From the NCBI GenBank assembly GCA_050011875.1, contig JBEKIG010000024.1, forward strand, positions 1-24,918: a stretch of DNA of 24,918 nucleotides. The letters are read 5' to 3'. Position 1 is the stretch's first letter, and each line of letters opens with the position of its first letter. The translations under genes and the position numbers were made by a program. Under the pieces are notes generated by a model. That model was not told the DNA's origin, searched no databases, and worked only from the letters and a program-made list of their open reading frames with translations. Source of the stretch: Nitrososphaeria archaeon (GTDB taxonomy: Archaea; Thermoproteota; Nitrososphaeria; JACIWG01). Of the stretch, positions 9,701 to 18,602 are shown piece by piece.

Positions 9701-9777
9701 CTGGAATGTTATTCGAGCTTGGTCAGATGCCAGCTGGTGTTCGTATTCCAACAACTAAGAAGGTTGGGGCTCAATAA
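6745..9777 (+). CDS. Tail tubular B/nozzle-like protein (P22 gp10/T7 gp12 analogue)
   Basis: 1,010 aa. N-terminal FQGGINSK...LQNAQF...KRFG and later QDRVMISG...IWFS, ITAI...LVIFK and IGC...SIV propeller-type segments are typical of podovirus nozzles. Synteny agrees. Confidence 0.75.
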   Translation: MAFIQPTTVPLSFQGGINSKTDALQLQPPALLELQNAQFSKIGQLNKRFGYDILSTQIMDGTNIGSAVAIDNFNNELNLFDNSNIYTYISSNGTWANRGAAISLINTNNNIIRMDNAQQINPDSNYCNGIEVYVWEDSRGGIRYSIIDSETDSYVVSDKILNGNGQQPKVVVFDNIFYIFYNDGIDTFWYATINPSNPEILTIPIPLVSDCMPTGFCYDACASSDGYIYVAYTQLYDTNQYVTTIRFNKTTIPQTIQCHVIYNTDIISCLSILVDSHDNCWVSFGQSFQGVWSVQSIVITNYLTPTYTIYQVDSLQTATIAMVESLNLGSIQIIYEVVGDQSYNQLTKSCTVNASGTIIPIGTLRSVGIATKPFTYNNEIFINLTYQSALQSTYFTVYLTESPFTIVGKVSAQVGGGLRTNSMLAEVASPKSGQFIWSNLVKGQFISEDNTSFSLLGINSTLTDFTNVNKFNSVTFSNNLLFVGGILQSYDGVSVVEQNFHLFPENVTATPNNNGGSGALSVGQYQYQVVYAWTDKFGQIQYSSPSVPVTATCTIVNDSVSIFIPTLRLTAKQNVIIKIYRTQVNETTFQEVTSELAPLLNDPTTDVILFEDAVADIDIAGNQTIYTTGGVLPNAAPPSCSMITLFQDRVMISGLEDPHLIWFSKNRVDNTNFSTVPCEFSAELTYAVSQKGGPITAIAVMDQNLVIFKASSIYLLSGDGPNDEGGGDTFPDPQLITTSIGCTNPNSIVFIDDGLMFQSPNKGIWLLPRSVSAPTYIGQNVDDTALSYVVSSATADVNSNQVIFTTSNGPAMVYDYFVNQWSLWTNHNSVDGIIFDGNFCFVKNNGNVYIQDRTIFYDGYIDGYQQGYDMELTTPWISYSSLMGYQAIFRAFLLGTYKSPHTLNVSLGYNFNPAFTSFATINATNTVGATMWGMDGYTWGGGSVWGEDYSPYIYQINFPIQKCTSFRIKLSDTQSVNAYMEAFAISGMLFELGQMPAGVRIPTTKKVGAQ

Positions 9778-10178
9778 TGATGGTTATAGATAATTATTGG
9801 CATCTTATTAGAAATGATTTCTATGCCAAACAACTAAAAACCTGGTTCGAGCAATGGAATATTAGTGTATCTATTATGGATGTTCTACCTACAACTGGAT
9901 TTATAATCGATAACGTGGCTGCTATGTTTGTCTATGAAACAAATAGCAAAGTATGTTTCTTCGATTGTCTTATTTGTAATAAAGAAATAGATAAAGATAT
10001 AAGAAGTGAAGCCTTGGATATGTTGGTAAATTATGGAGAAAAATATGCTAAAGATAAAGGTTATTCTTATATATTCTCTAATTCACACTATGACGCAGTT
10101 GTCAAACGTGCTGAAAACCATGGATTCAATGTTGACAAACATGATTACAAAGTTTTTGGAAAGGTAATAACTAAATGA
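9777..10178 (+). CDS. GNAT-fold acetyltransferase-like protein
   Basis: 133 aa with LPTTGFII..AAMFVY and a C-terminal AKDKGY...RAENHGF pattern. It occupies the usual position between nozzle and ejection genes. Confidence 0.55.
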   Translation: MMVIDNYWHLIRNDFYAKQLKTWFEQWNISVSIMDVLPTTGFIIDNVAAMFVYETNSKVCFFDCLICNKEIDKDIRSEALDMLVNYGEKYAKDKGYSYIFSNSHYDAVVKRAENHGFNVDKHDYKVFGKVITK

Positions 10179-11440
10179 GTGGATTAATTTCAGGCATTTT
10201 TGGAAGTGGTTCGAGTCCAGGTCTATTAGGCACTGGACAATATCAAGTTCCAACCTATAACATCAATCAACAAGCTTATATGAATCCAGTTGGCGACCAA
10301 TCCCAAAACTGGAACTCTGGTATGCAGAATATGCTTAACACTACTACTGGAACTGCACCACAAGGTGCTGCTGCTCAATTAGGTAATGCTGCTCAATATG
10401 GTGGCTATAATATGGGTAATGTATCTTCTGCTGGTTATGGTAGAATTGGTCCAACTTCAACTGTTGGTGCAGCAAATATGGGTGGTGGTGCTTCAAGTCA
10501 AGCAGCACAAATGCAAGCAGCACAAATGAACGCTGGGCAATACAACCAGACATTTGGTCAAGAACAAGGTCTTGCTGGACAATTAGCTTTGCAGGCACAA
10601 GGTATGGGTCCATCTGTTGCTCAGGTTACAGCACAGCAACAAGCTGGACAGAACCTGCAAAATCAGATGGCTATGCTTGGTTCTCAGCGTGGTGCATCAA
10701 ATCCAGCATTAGCTCAAATGCAAGCAGGTCAAGCTGGGGCAACTGCTCAACAGCAAGCTGCTCAACAGGCTGTCTTGGGAAGAACTCAAGAAGAACTTGG
10801 TGCTCAACAGTCTTATGGTAATTTGCTTAGTGGAATGAATACACAGGCACAGAACTTTGCTGGAACACAAGCACAATTACAGCAACAAGCAGCAATGCAA
10901 AATGCCTCGATGGGGCAACAAACTGCTCTTGCAAACACTCAATTAGCACAGCAAGCTGCATTAACTAATTCTGGATATGGTCAGCAAGCAAATCTTGCAA
11001 ATCAAGCAGCAATTAATGCACAAAACTTAGCACAAGCCCAAATGTATCAACAAAATAGTCAATACAATGTTGGTCAGGCTAATCAGTTTAATGAAGCCCA
11101 AGGTGCAATGTATCAGCAAGCTGGTCTTGCAAATCAAGCAGCATCAAATCAATTTGCTATGCAAAATGCTGCAAACTCTCAGCAAATGGGAATTGCAAAT
11201 CTTTCAGCGCAACAAGCACAAAACCAATTGAACGATCAACAATATAATGAATATATGAATAACCTTCAACAAATGAACCTTGCACAATATCAAGGTCAAA
11301 TGGCTGGACAGCAACTTGCAGTTCAACAGCAATTAGGTGCAGCAGGTACTCAAGCACAAGCCTATCAAAATGCAGCCCAAGCAGCCCAAGGTGTGGGTGG
11401 TGGAATAATGGGTGCAGTTGGTGGCTTATTAGCAATGTAA
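10175..11440 (+). CDS. Q/A/N/G-rich DNA ejection/pilot protein
   Basis: 421 aa, almost no charged residues, ANQ/NAQ-type repeats, Gly-rich hydrophobic termini (MSGLISGIFG; GGGIMGAVGGLLAM). Confidence 0.65.
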   Translation: MSGLISGIFGSGSSPGLLGTGQYQVPTYNINQQAYMNPVGDQSQNWNSGMQNMLNTTTGTAPQGAAAQLGNAAQYGGYNMGNVSSAGYGRIGPTSTVGAANMGGGASSQAAQMQAAQMNAGQYNQTFGQEQGLAGQLALQAQGMGPSVAQVTAQQQAGQNLQNQMAMLGSQRGASNPALAQMQAGQAGATAQQQAAQQAVLGRTQEELGAQQSYGNLLSGMNTQAQNFAGTQAQLQQQAAMQNASMGQQTALANTQLAQQAALTNSGYGQQANLANQAAINAQNLAQAQMYQQNSQYNVGQANQFNEAQGAMYQQAGLANQAASNQFAMQNAANSQQMGIANLSAQQAQNQLNDQQYNEYMNNLQQMNLAQYQGQMAGQQLAVQQQLGAAGTQAQAYQNAAQAAQGVGGGIMGAVGGLLAM

Positions 11441-11456
11441 TAAATGGAGAATTAAT

Positions 11457-12191
11457 ATGGACCCAGAAGATATTGGATCAGTAGCAGGCGATAGTGGTGG
11501 TGGCGATAGTGGTGGTGGCATGGGTGGAATGCTATCAGGTATTATGGGTGGGGGCAAAAAGTCTTCAAATAATGGTGTTTTAAGCCAAATAGTTTCAGAA
11601 CAAATGGCAGGCACCCAAAACTCAACTCCAAACCTAACTGGAACAGCCCCAACTCAACCTTCTCCAACAGGTGTTTCAAGTTCTTCAAGTTCTCCATCAA
11701 CTGCAACAGCAGCACAAGCTCCAACAACAGTACAAACTACATCATCTGGTGATATTAATAGACAAAATCCATATCAAACAGGTCCAACAACTCAACAACA
11801 GATTGGTTCTACAATCCAGAACTTTCAGAAAGGTATGGGAAATGCTCAAAAACAATCATCTGCCCCAATGCCTTCGACATCTATGCCAGGCAATACATAT
11901 GCAGCTCTTTTTGCTTCTCAAACTACTCCAGGTAATTTGGGTGGTGGTCAGATTGGCGTACAAAGTCCATCTGCCATATCAAATGTGCAACCAGTGCAAG
12001 TACAGTCGCCTACTGTACCTTCTGCACCTCAAGTTGCGATGCCTCCACCTGCTCCACCAGCACCAATGCCAAGTATGCAATCAGTGTCAGATGTAAGAGC
12101 AAAATATAAAATCCAAAATGCACAAGATGAAGTTGATAGATTCTTATCAAATATCTATAATAACCTATTAGCAAAACGAGGTAATAAATAA
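11457..12191 (+). CDS. Low-complexity S/T/P/Q protein with a truncated Peptidase_S74-like C-terminus
   Basis: 244 aa with a GGAG SD. It ends SDVRAKYKIQNAQDEVDRFL..., which aligns with the S74 start of the next gene. Confidence 0.6.
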   Translation: MDPEDIGSVAGDSGGGDSGGGMGGMLSGIMGGGKKSSNNGVLSQIVSEQMAGTQNSTPNLTGTAPTQPSPTGVSSSSSSPSTATAAQAPTTVQTTSSGDINRQNPYQTGPTTQQQIGSTIQNFQKGMGNAQKQSSAPMPSTSMPGNTYAALFASQTTPGNLGGGQIGVQSPSAISNVQPVQVQSPTVPSAPQVAMPPPAPPAPMPSMQSVSDVRAKYKIQNAQDEVDRFLSNIYNNLLAKRGNK

Positions 12192-13612
12192 TGCCTTTTG
12201 TAAATGGACAATGGATGCCACAGCAAATGCAGGCACCTCAAGCAGCACAACAATTTCAACAGCCAACAGCACCACAGCCACAAATACAACCACAGGCTAT
12301 GAATCAAATGGCTATGATGCAGGCTCGCCCACAATTCCAAAACCAATTGGGTATGCAGCAAAGCAATCCACAATCGCAGTTGTATAGACCACAACAGCAA
12401 TTTCAGCCACAATCTCAATTATATAGACCTCAACAGCAAATGCCTTCTAATATGATGCAATTAGGTCAAAATAATCCATTTGGCAAACAGGCTGGACCAC
12501 CCCCAATGCAAGGTGGTTATGGTCCCCCACAGCAATCGAATTACATGCCAGCCCAGCAAGGTTGGGGTGGTCCAAACTTTGGTGTAGCACAAGGTCAGCA
12601 ACAGCAGGTAGGTCAATCAGTTGAGCAAAGTGTTCAACCTAATTCACCACAATCTGTTCAGAACTTTATGTCAGCACTAAATAAAGTAGGTGCTGGAACT
12701 AATAACCAATTTATGAATGGTGCTGGACAACAAGGTGCTGGAGCACAAGGTGGTTTCGCAGGTTTTGGTCAGAATGGTTATCAAGGCATGATGGGGACAG
12801 GTGTTGCAGCAGGTTCACCAACAGGTGGTGGTTTCTATGGTGGAGGTTATCAAGGTAGCTATGGTGGTGGAAATGGTTCTATGGGACGTGCTGCAAATCA
12901 AGCTGCTAGTGGAATGACTTTCTTAGGCGATCAAGGTGGTGGACCTGGAAACAATACATTTAATACACCAAGTCTAACTAATGGTGCTTATGTAAATGCA
13001 TCATCAAATGCACCAAATCAAAATAATAATCCAAGTATGGGAACTCAGGCAGGTTATCAGCAACCAACTCCATGGGCTCAACCAGGTAATCAGGCTCCAG
13101 GTGTTTCTGGTTCGTGGTATCCAGATACTGACACAGGTTGGCAAGCATATGGTGGTCAATTATTTGGTGCTTCTCCAATGGCTCCATCTCAATCTGGTTC
13201 ATATTATTCACAAAATTCACCATCTGATTATTCTATGAGTGCTGGTTCTGCTGCCAATTATGCCACATCAGATATTAGAGCCAAGACCAATATTCTTCCA
13301 GGCAAAGAAGAATTACAAGAGTTTTTAGACGCATTAGGTATATATTCATATGAGTACAAGAATAAGAACGATGGTGATGGAAGACGAATTAGTCCAATGG
13401 CTCAAGAAATTGAATCAACTCCATTGGGCAAAGTTGCTGTTTCCCAGAGACCAGATGGCATCAAATATGTCGATTATGGTAAGTTGGCTGGAACGCAATT
13501 GGCAGCGATTGCAATGCTTAACCAAAAATCAAAAGAATTAGAAGCTAAAATTACAACAATTCTTAGCAATAAGTTTAATTCGCGAGTAATTAACGAGCAT
13601 GGGAAAAAATAA
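12191..13612 (+). CDS. Q/G/P/N-rich protein with a C-terminal Peptidase_S74 intramolecular chaperone domain
   Basis: SDIRAKTNI...YSYEYK...MAQEIE...VDYGKL...coiled coil is the canonical S74 signature, starting at about 13268. Confidence 0.8.
   Translation: MPFVNGQWMPQQMQAPQAAQQFQQPTAPQPQIQPQAMNQMAMMQARPQFQNQLGMQQSNPQSQLYRPQQQFQPQSQLYRPQQQMPSNMMQLGQNNPFGKQAGPPPMQGGYGPPQQSNYMPAQQGWGGPNFGVAQGQQQQVGQSVEQSVQPNSPQSVQNFMSALNKVGAGTNNQFMNGAGQQGAGAQGGFAGFGQNGYQGMMGTGVAAGSPTGGGFYGGGYQGSYGGGNGSMGRAANQAASGMTFLGDQGGGPGNNTFNTPSLTNGAYVNASSNAPNQNNNPSMGTQAGYQQPTPWAQPGNQAPGVSGSWYPDTDTGWQAYGGQLFGASPMAPSQSGSYYSQNSPSDYSMSAGSAANYATSDIRAKTNILPGKEELQEFLDALGIYSYEYKNKNDGDGRRISPMAQEIESTPLGKVAVSQRPDGIKYVDYGKLAGTQLAAIAMLNQKSKELEAKITTILSNKFNSRVINEHGKK
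12368..12439 (+). repeat. 39-bp-period coding duplication (PQSQLYRPQQQ x2)
   Basis: The peptide is repeated exactly, with synonymous DNA differences between copies. Confidence 0.85.
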
Positions 13613-15423
13613 TGGCAGACACAGATAACACACAACAGACACCACCTGTTTCAGATCAGCCAGGTAAAGCCACAGTTGCACCAACTACAATAACTGGAAA
13701 TCCACCAACACAAGGTTCATTGGCTTATATTGGTGAAGGTGCTCCAGCCCCATCTACAAATCCACTATCTACACAAGGTTATGTAGATCAACAAGTTGGA
13801 AGTGCAGAAGAACGCAAGATGATTACTTCTCAATTGGCAGAAGCACAAGCTAAAGGCACAGATACACAAGCAAATCTATTAGCACAAGCAACACAAGAAC
13901 AAGATAGAATGCTTAATGGTGATCCAGTTAAACGCCAACAATCAATGAATTTATATCAGGCAGCGAAAACTCATTTGGCAGCAAACCCAGACTCACAAGA
14001 AGCAAAAGATGCACTGTATCAGGCTAAACTTGGAACAGAACTAAACTCTGGAGCAAAAGATCAATGGGCAAGAGCAAAGTTAGATGCAGATAATAGAGAT
14101 GCAGAATTAAGAAAAAAAATTGCAACAGTTCAGGCACAACAAATCGATCCAGATCATTGGTGGAATCAAAAATCTACTGGAAGTAAAATAGCAGCAGGTA
14201 TTGGTATTATATTGGGTGGAGCAGGTGCTGGATTACAAAGACGTGGTGGTGAAAATCCAGCAATGCAAGTAATTAATAGAGCAGTTGATCAAGATATTGA
14301 TGCACAAAAAACAAATATTAGAAATAATATGGAAAATAGTTGGAAGCAAATTGCAGCAACTCATGAATTAGATGATAGTGCATTTAATAGAGAATTACAT
14401 AATCAGGTTTGGCAATCTAATTATAAAAATGCAGCATTAGAAACTGTTAAATTACAATTACAACAAGCAGCAGCAAAAACTCAAAGTGATGTTACAAGAC
14501 AGAACGCATTAATTGGAATACAAGATTTAACAGATCAACAAGCCAAAATACGTAATGGTTTATACAATATGCAACAAGCATCCATGGCAGCAAATCTTCA
14601 ACGTATTCGTAAGAATGGTGAAGATGTTAGTAAAGCAGCTCAAGATTATGCCAAAGAAAAAGGTGTTGATTTAGAAACAGCAGAAAAAGCAGTGTGGGGA
14701 ACTGATACAAGAGCAAAAGAACTAATCTATGCAGGCTATGCTCCAACTTGGATTACACAAGCAGAAGGTCAAAAACATCTTGCCCAAGTGGCTATTGCAG
14801 CAAAAATTAAATCAGGTATTGCTCCAGAAGTGGCGATGCAACAAGTTCTTGCAGACCCAAAGTTTGACGCATTACGCAGATGGAGCACACCAGTTGGTAC
14901 AGTTGTTCCAAATCCAGAAGTAGATAAAGATGTTAGAGAACGCACAGTTACAATCAATGGACAAGACTATCTTGCCAGAGATGCAAAACAAGCAGAAGCA
15001 GCAGCAACAGCAGCAAACTCAGCTCTGGAAGTAAAGAAAATTAATGCACGTATTCTTGCATTAGCAAATAAAGGTGGAATACTTGGACCATCAGAACGAG
15101 CTGAAATGGATTCATTATTAGATATGGGTGCATTACATTATCCAAGAATGCAAACTGGTTCTATGAGAGTTAATGATACAGAAATCCAAATGGGTAAAGA
15201 TACTTATCAAGGTAAAGGTGATTGGTATCGTGGTGATATTTTAAGTAGAAAAGCCGGACATCTTACTGCAATTAATCAAGAAGCAGATCAGAGATTACAT
15301 GATGCACTTGATGGATTACAACCACTAAATCGTCAAGGTCCAGGCGTATCTCAACCACAGCAATCACAAGTTGCTCCAGGTCAAGCAGTTGGATTAAGTG
15401 GTAAAGTCTATGGGGTAAAGTAA
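13612..15423 (+). CDS. Internal virion/ejection protein
   Basis: 603 aa, helical and Q/A-rich, with a Gly-rich hydrophobic segment KIAAGIGIILGGAGAGL. Lies in the ejection cluster. Confidence 0.6.
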   Translation: MADTDNTQQTPPVSDQPGKATVAPTTITGNPPTQGSLAYIGEGAPAPSTNPLSTQGYVDQQVGSAEERKMITSQLAEAQAKGTDTQANLLAQATQEQDRMLNGDPVKRQQSMNLYQAAKTHLAANPDSQEAKDALYQAKLGTELNSGAKDQWARAKLDADNRDAELRKKIATVQAQQIDPDHWWNQKSTGSKIAAGIGIILGGAGAGLQRRGGENPAMQVINRAVDQDIDAQKTNIRNNMENSWKQIAATHELDDSAFNRELHNQVWQSNYKNAALETVKLQLQQAAAKTQSDVTRQNALIGIQDLTDQQAKIRNGLYNMQQASMAANLQRIRKNGEDVSKAAQDYAKEKGVDLETAEKAVWGTDTRAKELIYAGYAPTWITQAEGQKHLAQVAIAAKIKSGIAPEVAMQQVLADPKFDALRRWSTPVGTVVPNPEVDKDVRERTVTINGQDYLARDAKQAEAAATAANSALEVKKINARILALANKGGILGPSERAEMDSLLDMGALHYPRMQTGSMRVNDTEIQMGKDTYQGKGDWYRGDILSRKAGHLTAINQEADQRLHDALDGLQPLNRQGPGVSQPQQSQVAPGQAVGLSGKVYGVK

Positions 15424-15424
15424 T

Positions 15425-18100
15425 ATGAATCAATCTCTAATCTCGCCTTCTGGAGAAGTAATTCAAGTTCCAGATGAGCAAGTACAAGATGCTCTTAAAG
15501 ATGGGTTTAAGGTGGCTGGCAACCAACCATTGCCAGACTTATCTCAAACGCCAACTAAACCTGTTGAGCCATTTACTAATGAAGGTGTAGTTGCACCAAG
15601 AGCAACAATTCAAGCAGTTTCGCCACAAGGCAAAGTTGTAAATCTGTCAAAAGAAGAAGCAGCAGATGCATTTAAAGATGGTTTTAAACCAATTGAAAAT
15701 GTAATTAAAGAACAGAAAATAGATTCTGCATCAGATAAATTAGCAGCAGAACTGATAAATAATTCTGCTACTAATGGATATGATTTAACTGTGGCTTCTG
15801 GTTTATTAGATACACTATCTCTTGGTGGTGCTGACAAAGCAGAAAAAGCAATTACCAATTGGCAAAATAAATCTCTTGGTCCAGATCAAATTAAGGCTAT
15901 TCAAGAGCATTATGGTGTTGATCCATCTGATATGGGTGAAGTTCATGTAAGAGCCTATAAAAAGATTCAAGCACAAAATCCAATTACAAATGTTATCTCA
16001 CAAGGTATAGGTGCTATTGCTCCAATGGTTCTTACTGGTGGTGCAGGTATGTTTGGTGAAGGTCTTGCAGCCACTAAGATTGCTGCTGGAACAAAAGCAG
16101 CAATTGGTGCCACATCAACTCTTGGTAGAATTGGTTCTGCTGTTGCTGGTGAAGCATTGGCAGGTGCTGCTATTGCTGCTCCCCAAGCAATTGCACAAGC
16201 AGCAATTCAACAAGACCCCAAAGGTGTTGCAGAAACACTTGGATGGGGATTATTAATGGGTGGTGGTTTGGGATTATTAGCCCAGAGTGGTAAAGAAGCT
16301 ATTATGGGCGTTAAAGCAGCAAAAGAATATATTGCTGGCAAAACTATGCATATTGCAGAAGCACCTATTACAGAATTACCAGAAGGTCTGACAGAAGGCG
16401 TTAATGCCAATCCAGTTGGAACTGAACCTATTAAAACACCAACAAGTGAAGCAGATAAAATGCTTCTTGGACAATTTGGAGTGACTCAAAAAGAAATTGC
16501 TGAGTTTGGAACGCCTGCTCAAAGAGCACAAAAAGTTGGAATGCTCATTAATGAAATTGGTGCAGATAAAATTAGTAATATGAGTAGAGCAGAATTAGCT
16601 CAAAAAATAATTGATATTGGAGATTTATCTGGGCAAAGAATTGGTGGATTTATTAAAAATGCTGATGCTGCAATAAAAGAAGAACCTGAACTTATGCAAT
16701 ATGCTCCAAATAGAACAGATCAAATTAATAAACTTGAAAAATTAGCAGAAACGCTTGACAATCCATTACAAAAAACAGAATTATCATATGTGAAAAAATC
16801 AATTCAGTATTTAAAAGAAATGACTGATGAGCCAACTATTACTTTTGCAAAACAACAAGAACTTAAAGAATTACTACAAAGTAAAGTAAATTATAAATCT
16901 GTTGAAAATCCAAGTCTAAATGGTATTAAAGCAGAAGTTGCAAAAATAGCAAAAGAAGAAATGGAATTAGCTGCAGATCGTATTGCTGAAAAAAGTATGT
17001 ATGCTCCAATGATAGAAAGTTGGAAACATCAAAAAGATTTGTATAAATTAGCACAAGAAATAATGCCTGGTGCGATGCGAGGTGTAAGTGAAATTGCCAC
17101 AGTTGGTTCTCATATTACTGGATTTGGTGGTGGTGCTCTTGCTGGTCATGCTTTAAGCCCATTACTTGGACCATTTGGACCATTGGGAACTGCAATTGGT
17201 GCTGGTATAGGTAAATTAGTAGATCGTTGGACTCGTGATAAAGGCATTACAAAATTGTCAATGTGGCTTCGTAAAAATGCAGAAAATGTAAATATGCCCA
17301 ATTATCTTGTAACTGATGCAGCAACTGCATTGAAATCTAAATTACAAGACATTCCACAAATGTTGCGTATGGCAGCAGAACATCCAGAAATAGATATTAT
17401 CAAATCTGCATTAGGTGATGAAGCTAATGGTTTATCTAAAACACAACAATTTGATAGACTTGGAAATCATTTAGCAAATATGGTTTCTAATCCAGAAAAT
17501 ACAAAAGTATCAATGCAACAATTGCTTTCACCAATTGCACAATACCATCCAGAATTAGCATCTGGTGTTATGGATGCTATGATGACAAAGATTCAAGTTC
17601 TTCAGGATGCATTTCCCAAATTGATGACTGCTCCACAACCATTCCAAAAAGATGTAAAACGTGAGCCAACAACACAAGAAATTAATGATTTCAAGAAGAT
17701 ATTGGCAATTGCTGAAAATCCATTCCATGTTCTTGAAGAAATAAAAGCTGGAACTTTATCACAAAAACAAGTAGATGCATTAAATCAAATGAATCCAGCA
17801 ATAGCAACTCATATTCAAGAAGAAATTATGGAATCAGCTTATAATCAATCTGAACTTCTAGATCTTAATTATAATCAAAGACTTGCTGCTTCTGTGCTTA
17901 TGGGACAGCCAATGGAGAGATCATTGGTTAATCTTCAGGCTTTACAGTCTGGATTTGTTCCACCAACTCCACAACAAGGTCCATCAGCCCCACCATCAGG
18001 TAGAGGCAGAGGTGGTTCTAAATTAGATGGTGGCAAAATGCCAGGTGCTCAATATACTCCATCTCAAAGAATTGGTGGGGGTATTAAGTCTGGCAAATAA
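15425..18100 (+). CDS. Large internal virion/DNA transfer protein
   Basis: 891 aa with two N-terminal SPxG..V...DA.KDGFK repeats and two G/A-rich hydrophobic regions. Last gene of the ejection cluster. Confidence 0.6.
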   Translation: MNQSLISPSGEVIQVPDEQVQDALKDGFKVAGNQPLPDLSQTPTKPVEPFTNEGVVAPRATIQAVSPQGKVVNLSKEEAADAFKDGFKPIENVIKEQKIDSASDKLAAELINNSATNGYDLTVASGLLDTLSLGGADKAEKAITNWQNKSLGPDQIKAIQEHYGVDPSDMGEVHVRAYKKIQAQNPITNVISQGIGAIAPMVLTGGAGMFGEGLAATKIAAGTKAAIGATSTLGRIGSAVAGEALAGAAIAAPQAIAQAAIQQDPKGVAETLGWGLLMGGGLGLLAQSGKEAIMGVKAAKEYIAGKTMHIAEAPITELPEGLTEGVNANPVGTEPIKTPTSEADKMLLGQFGVTQKEIAEFGTPAQRAQKVGMLINEIGADKISNMSRAELAQKIIDIGDLSGQRIGGFIKNADAAIKEEPELMQYAPNRTDQINKLEKLAETLDNPLQKTELSYVKKSIQYLKEMTDEPTITFAKQQELKELLQSKVNYKSVENPSLNGIKAEVAKIAKEEMELAADRIAEKSMYAPMIESWKHQKDLYKLAQEIMPGAMRGVSEIATVGSHITGFGGGALAGHALSPLLGPFGPLGTAIGAGIGKLVDRWTRDKGITKLSMWLRKNAENVNMPNYLVTDAATALKSKLQDIPQMLRMAAEHPEIDIIKSALGDEANGLSKTQQFDRLGNHLANMVSNPENTKVSMQQLLSPIAQYHPELASGVMDAMMTKIQVLQDAFPKLMTAPQPFQKDVKREPTTQEINDFKKILAIAENPFHVLEEIKAGTLSQKQVDALNQMNPAIATHIQEEIMESAYNQSELLDLNYNQRLAASVLMGQPMERSLVNLQALQSGFVPPTPQQGPSAPPSGRGRGGSKLDGGKMPGAQYTPSQRIGGGIKSGK

Positions 18101-18165
18101 TAACATGGAATAATTTAACATATATATGAGACTTTTGAAGGCTCGTTTCTGAAAGGTAATTTACA

Positions 18166-18585
18166 ATGACTGATTTCTCTGGCAAACTATTAGATGGCTA
18201 CGCTCTATCCACAACTGATGGATATAATTTTACAACTCCATGGCTCGATGTTCATGGGGCACAAAACTTCTCGCTTACAGCGATGATTACAGGTGGAACT
18301 GTTACAGGTGTTCTAACCTTGCAGCAATCCAATGCAAAAGAGGCTGGAAACTCTAATGGTGTTTATCCATTGGGAGCAACCTCAACCACAACATCTCCAC
18401 CAGATGCCTGTAATGTGCCAACTGATGCAGCAATGGGGCTAACTTCCATAACTCTGGCTGCGTCTGCAACGCCTGTTGCTCTGGCTCAACATCACATAGG
18501 TTATCACTGGGCAAGATTATCTGGCGTTCTTTCTGTTAAGAACCAAACTGGCAAAGTGGATATCTGGTTTCATTGGAAAAAATAA
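18166..18585 (+). CDS. Small beta-rich virion protein
   Basis: 139 aa, AAAGGT SD, G..TLQQSN...YHWARL beta-sandwich pattern, directly upstream of the fibre gene. Confidence 0.6.
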   Translation: MTDFSGKLLDGYALSTTDGYNFTTPWLDVHGAQNFSLTAMITGGTVTGVLTLQQSNAKEAGNSNGVYPLGATSTTTSPPDACNVPTDAAMGLTSITLAASATPVALAQHHIGYHWARLSGVLSVKNQTGKVDIWFHWKK

Positions 18586-18602
18586 TCTAAAAGGCGAATA
18601 AT

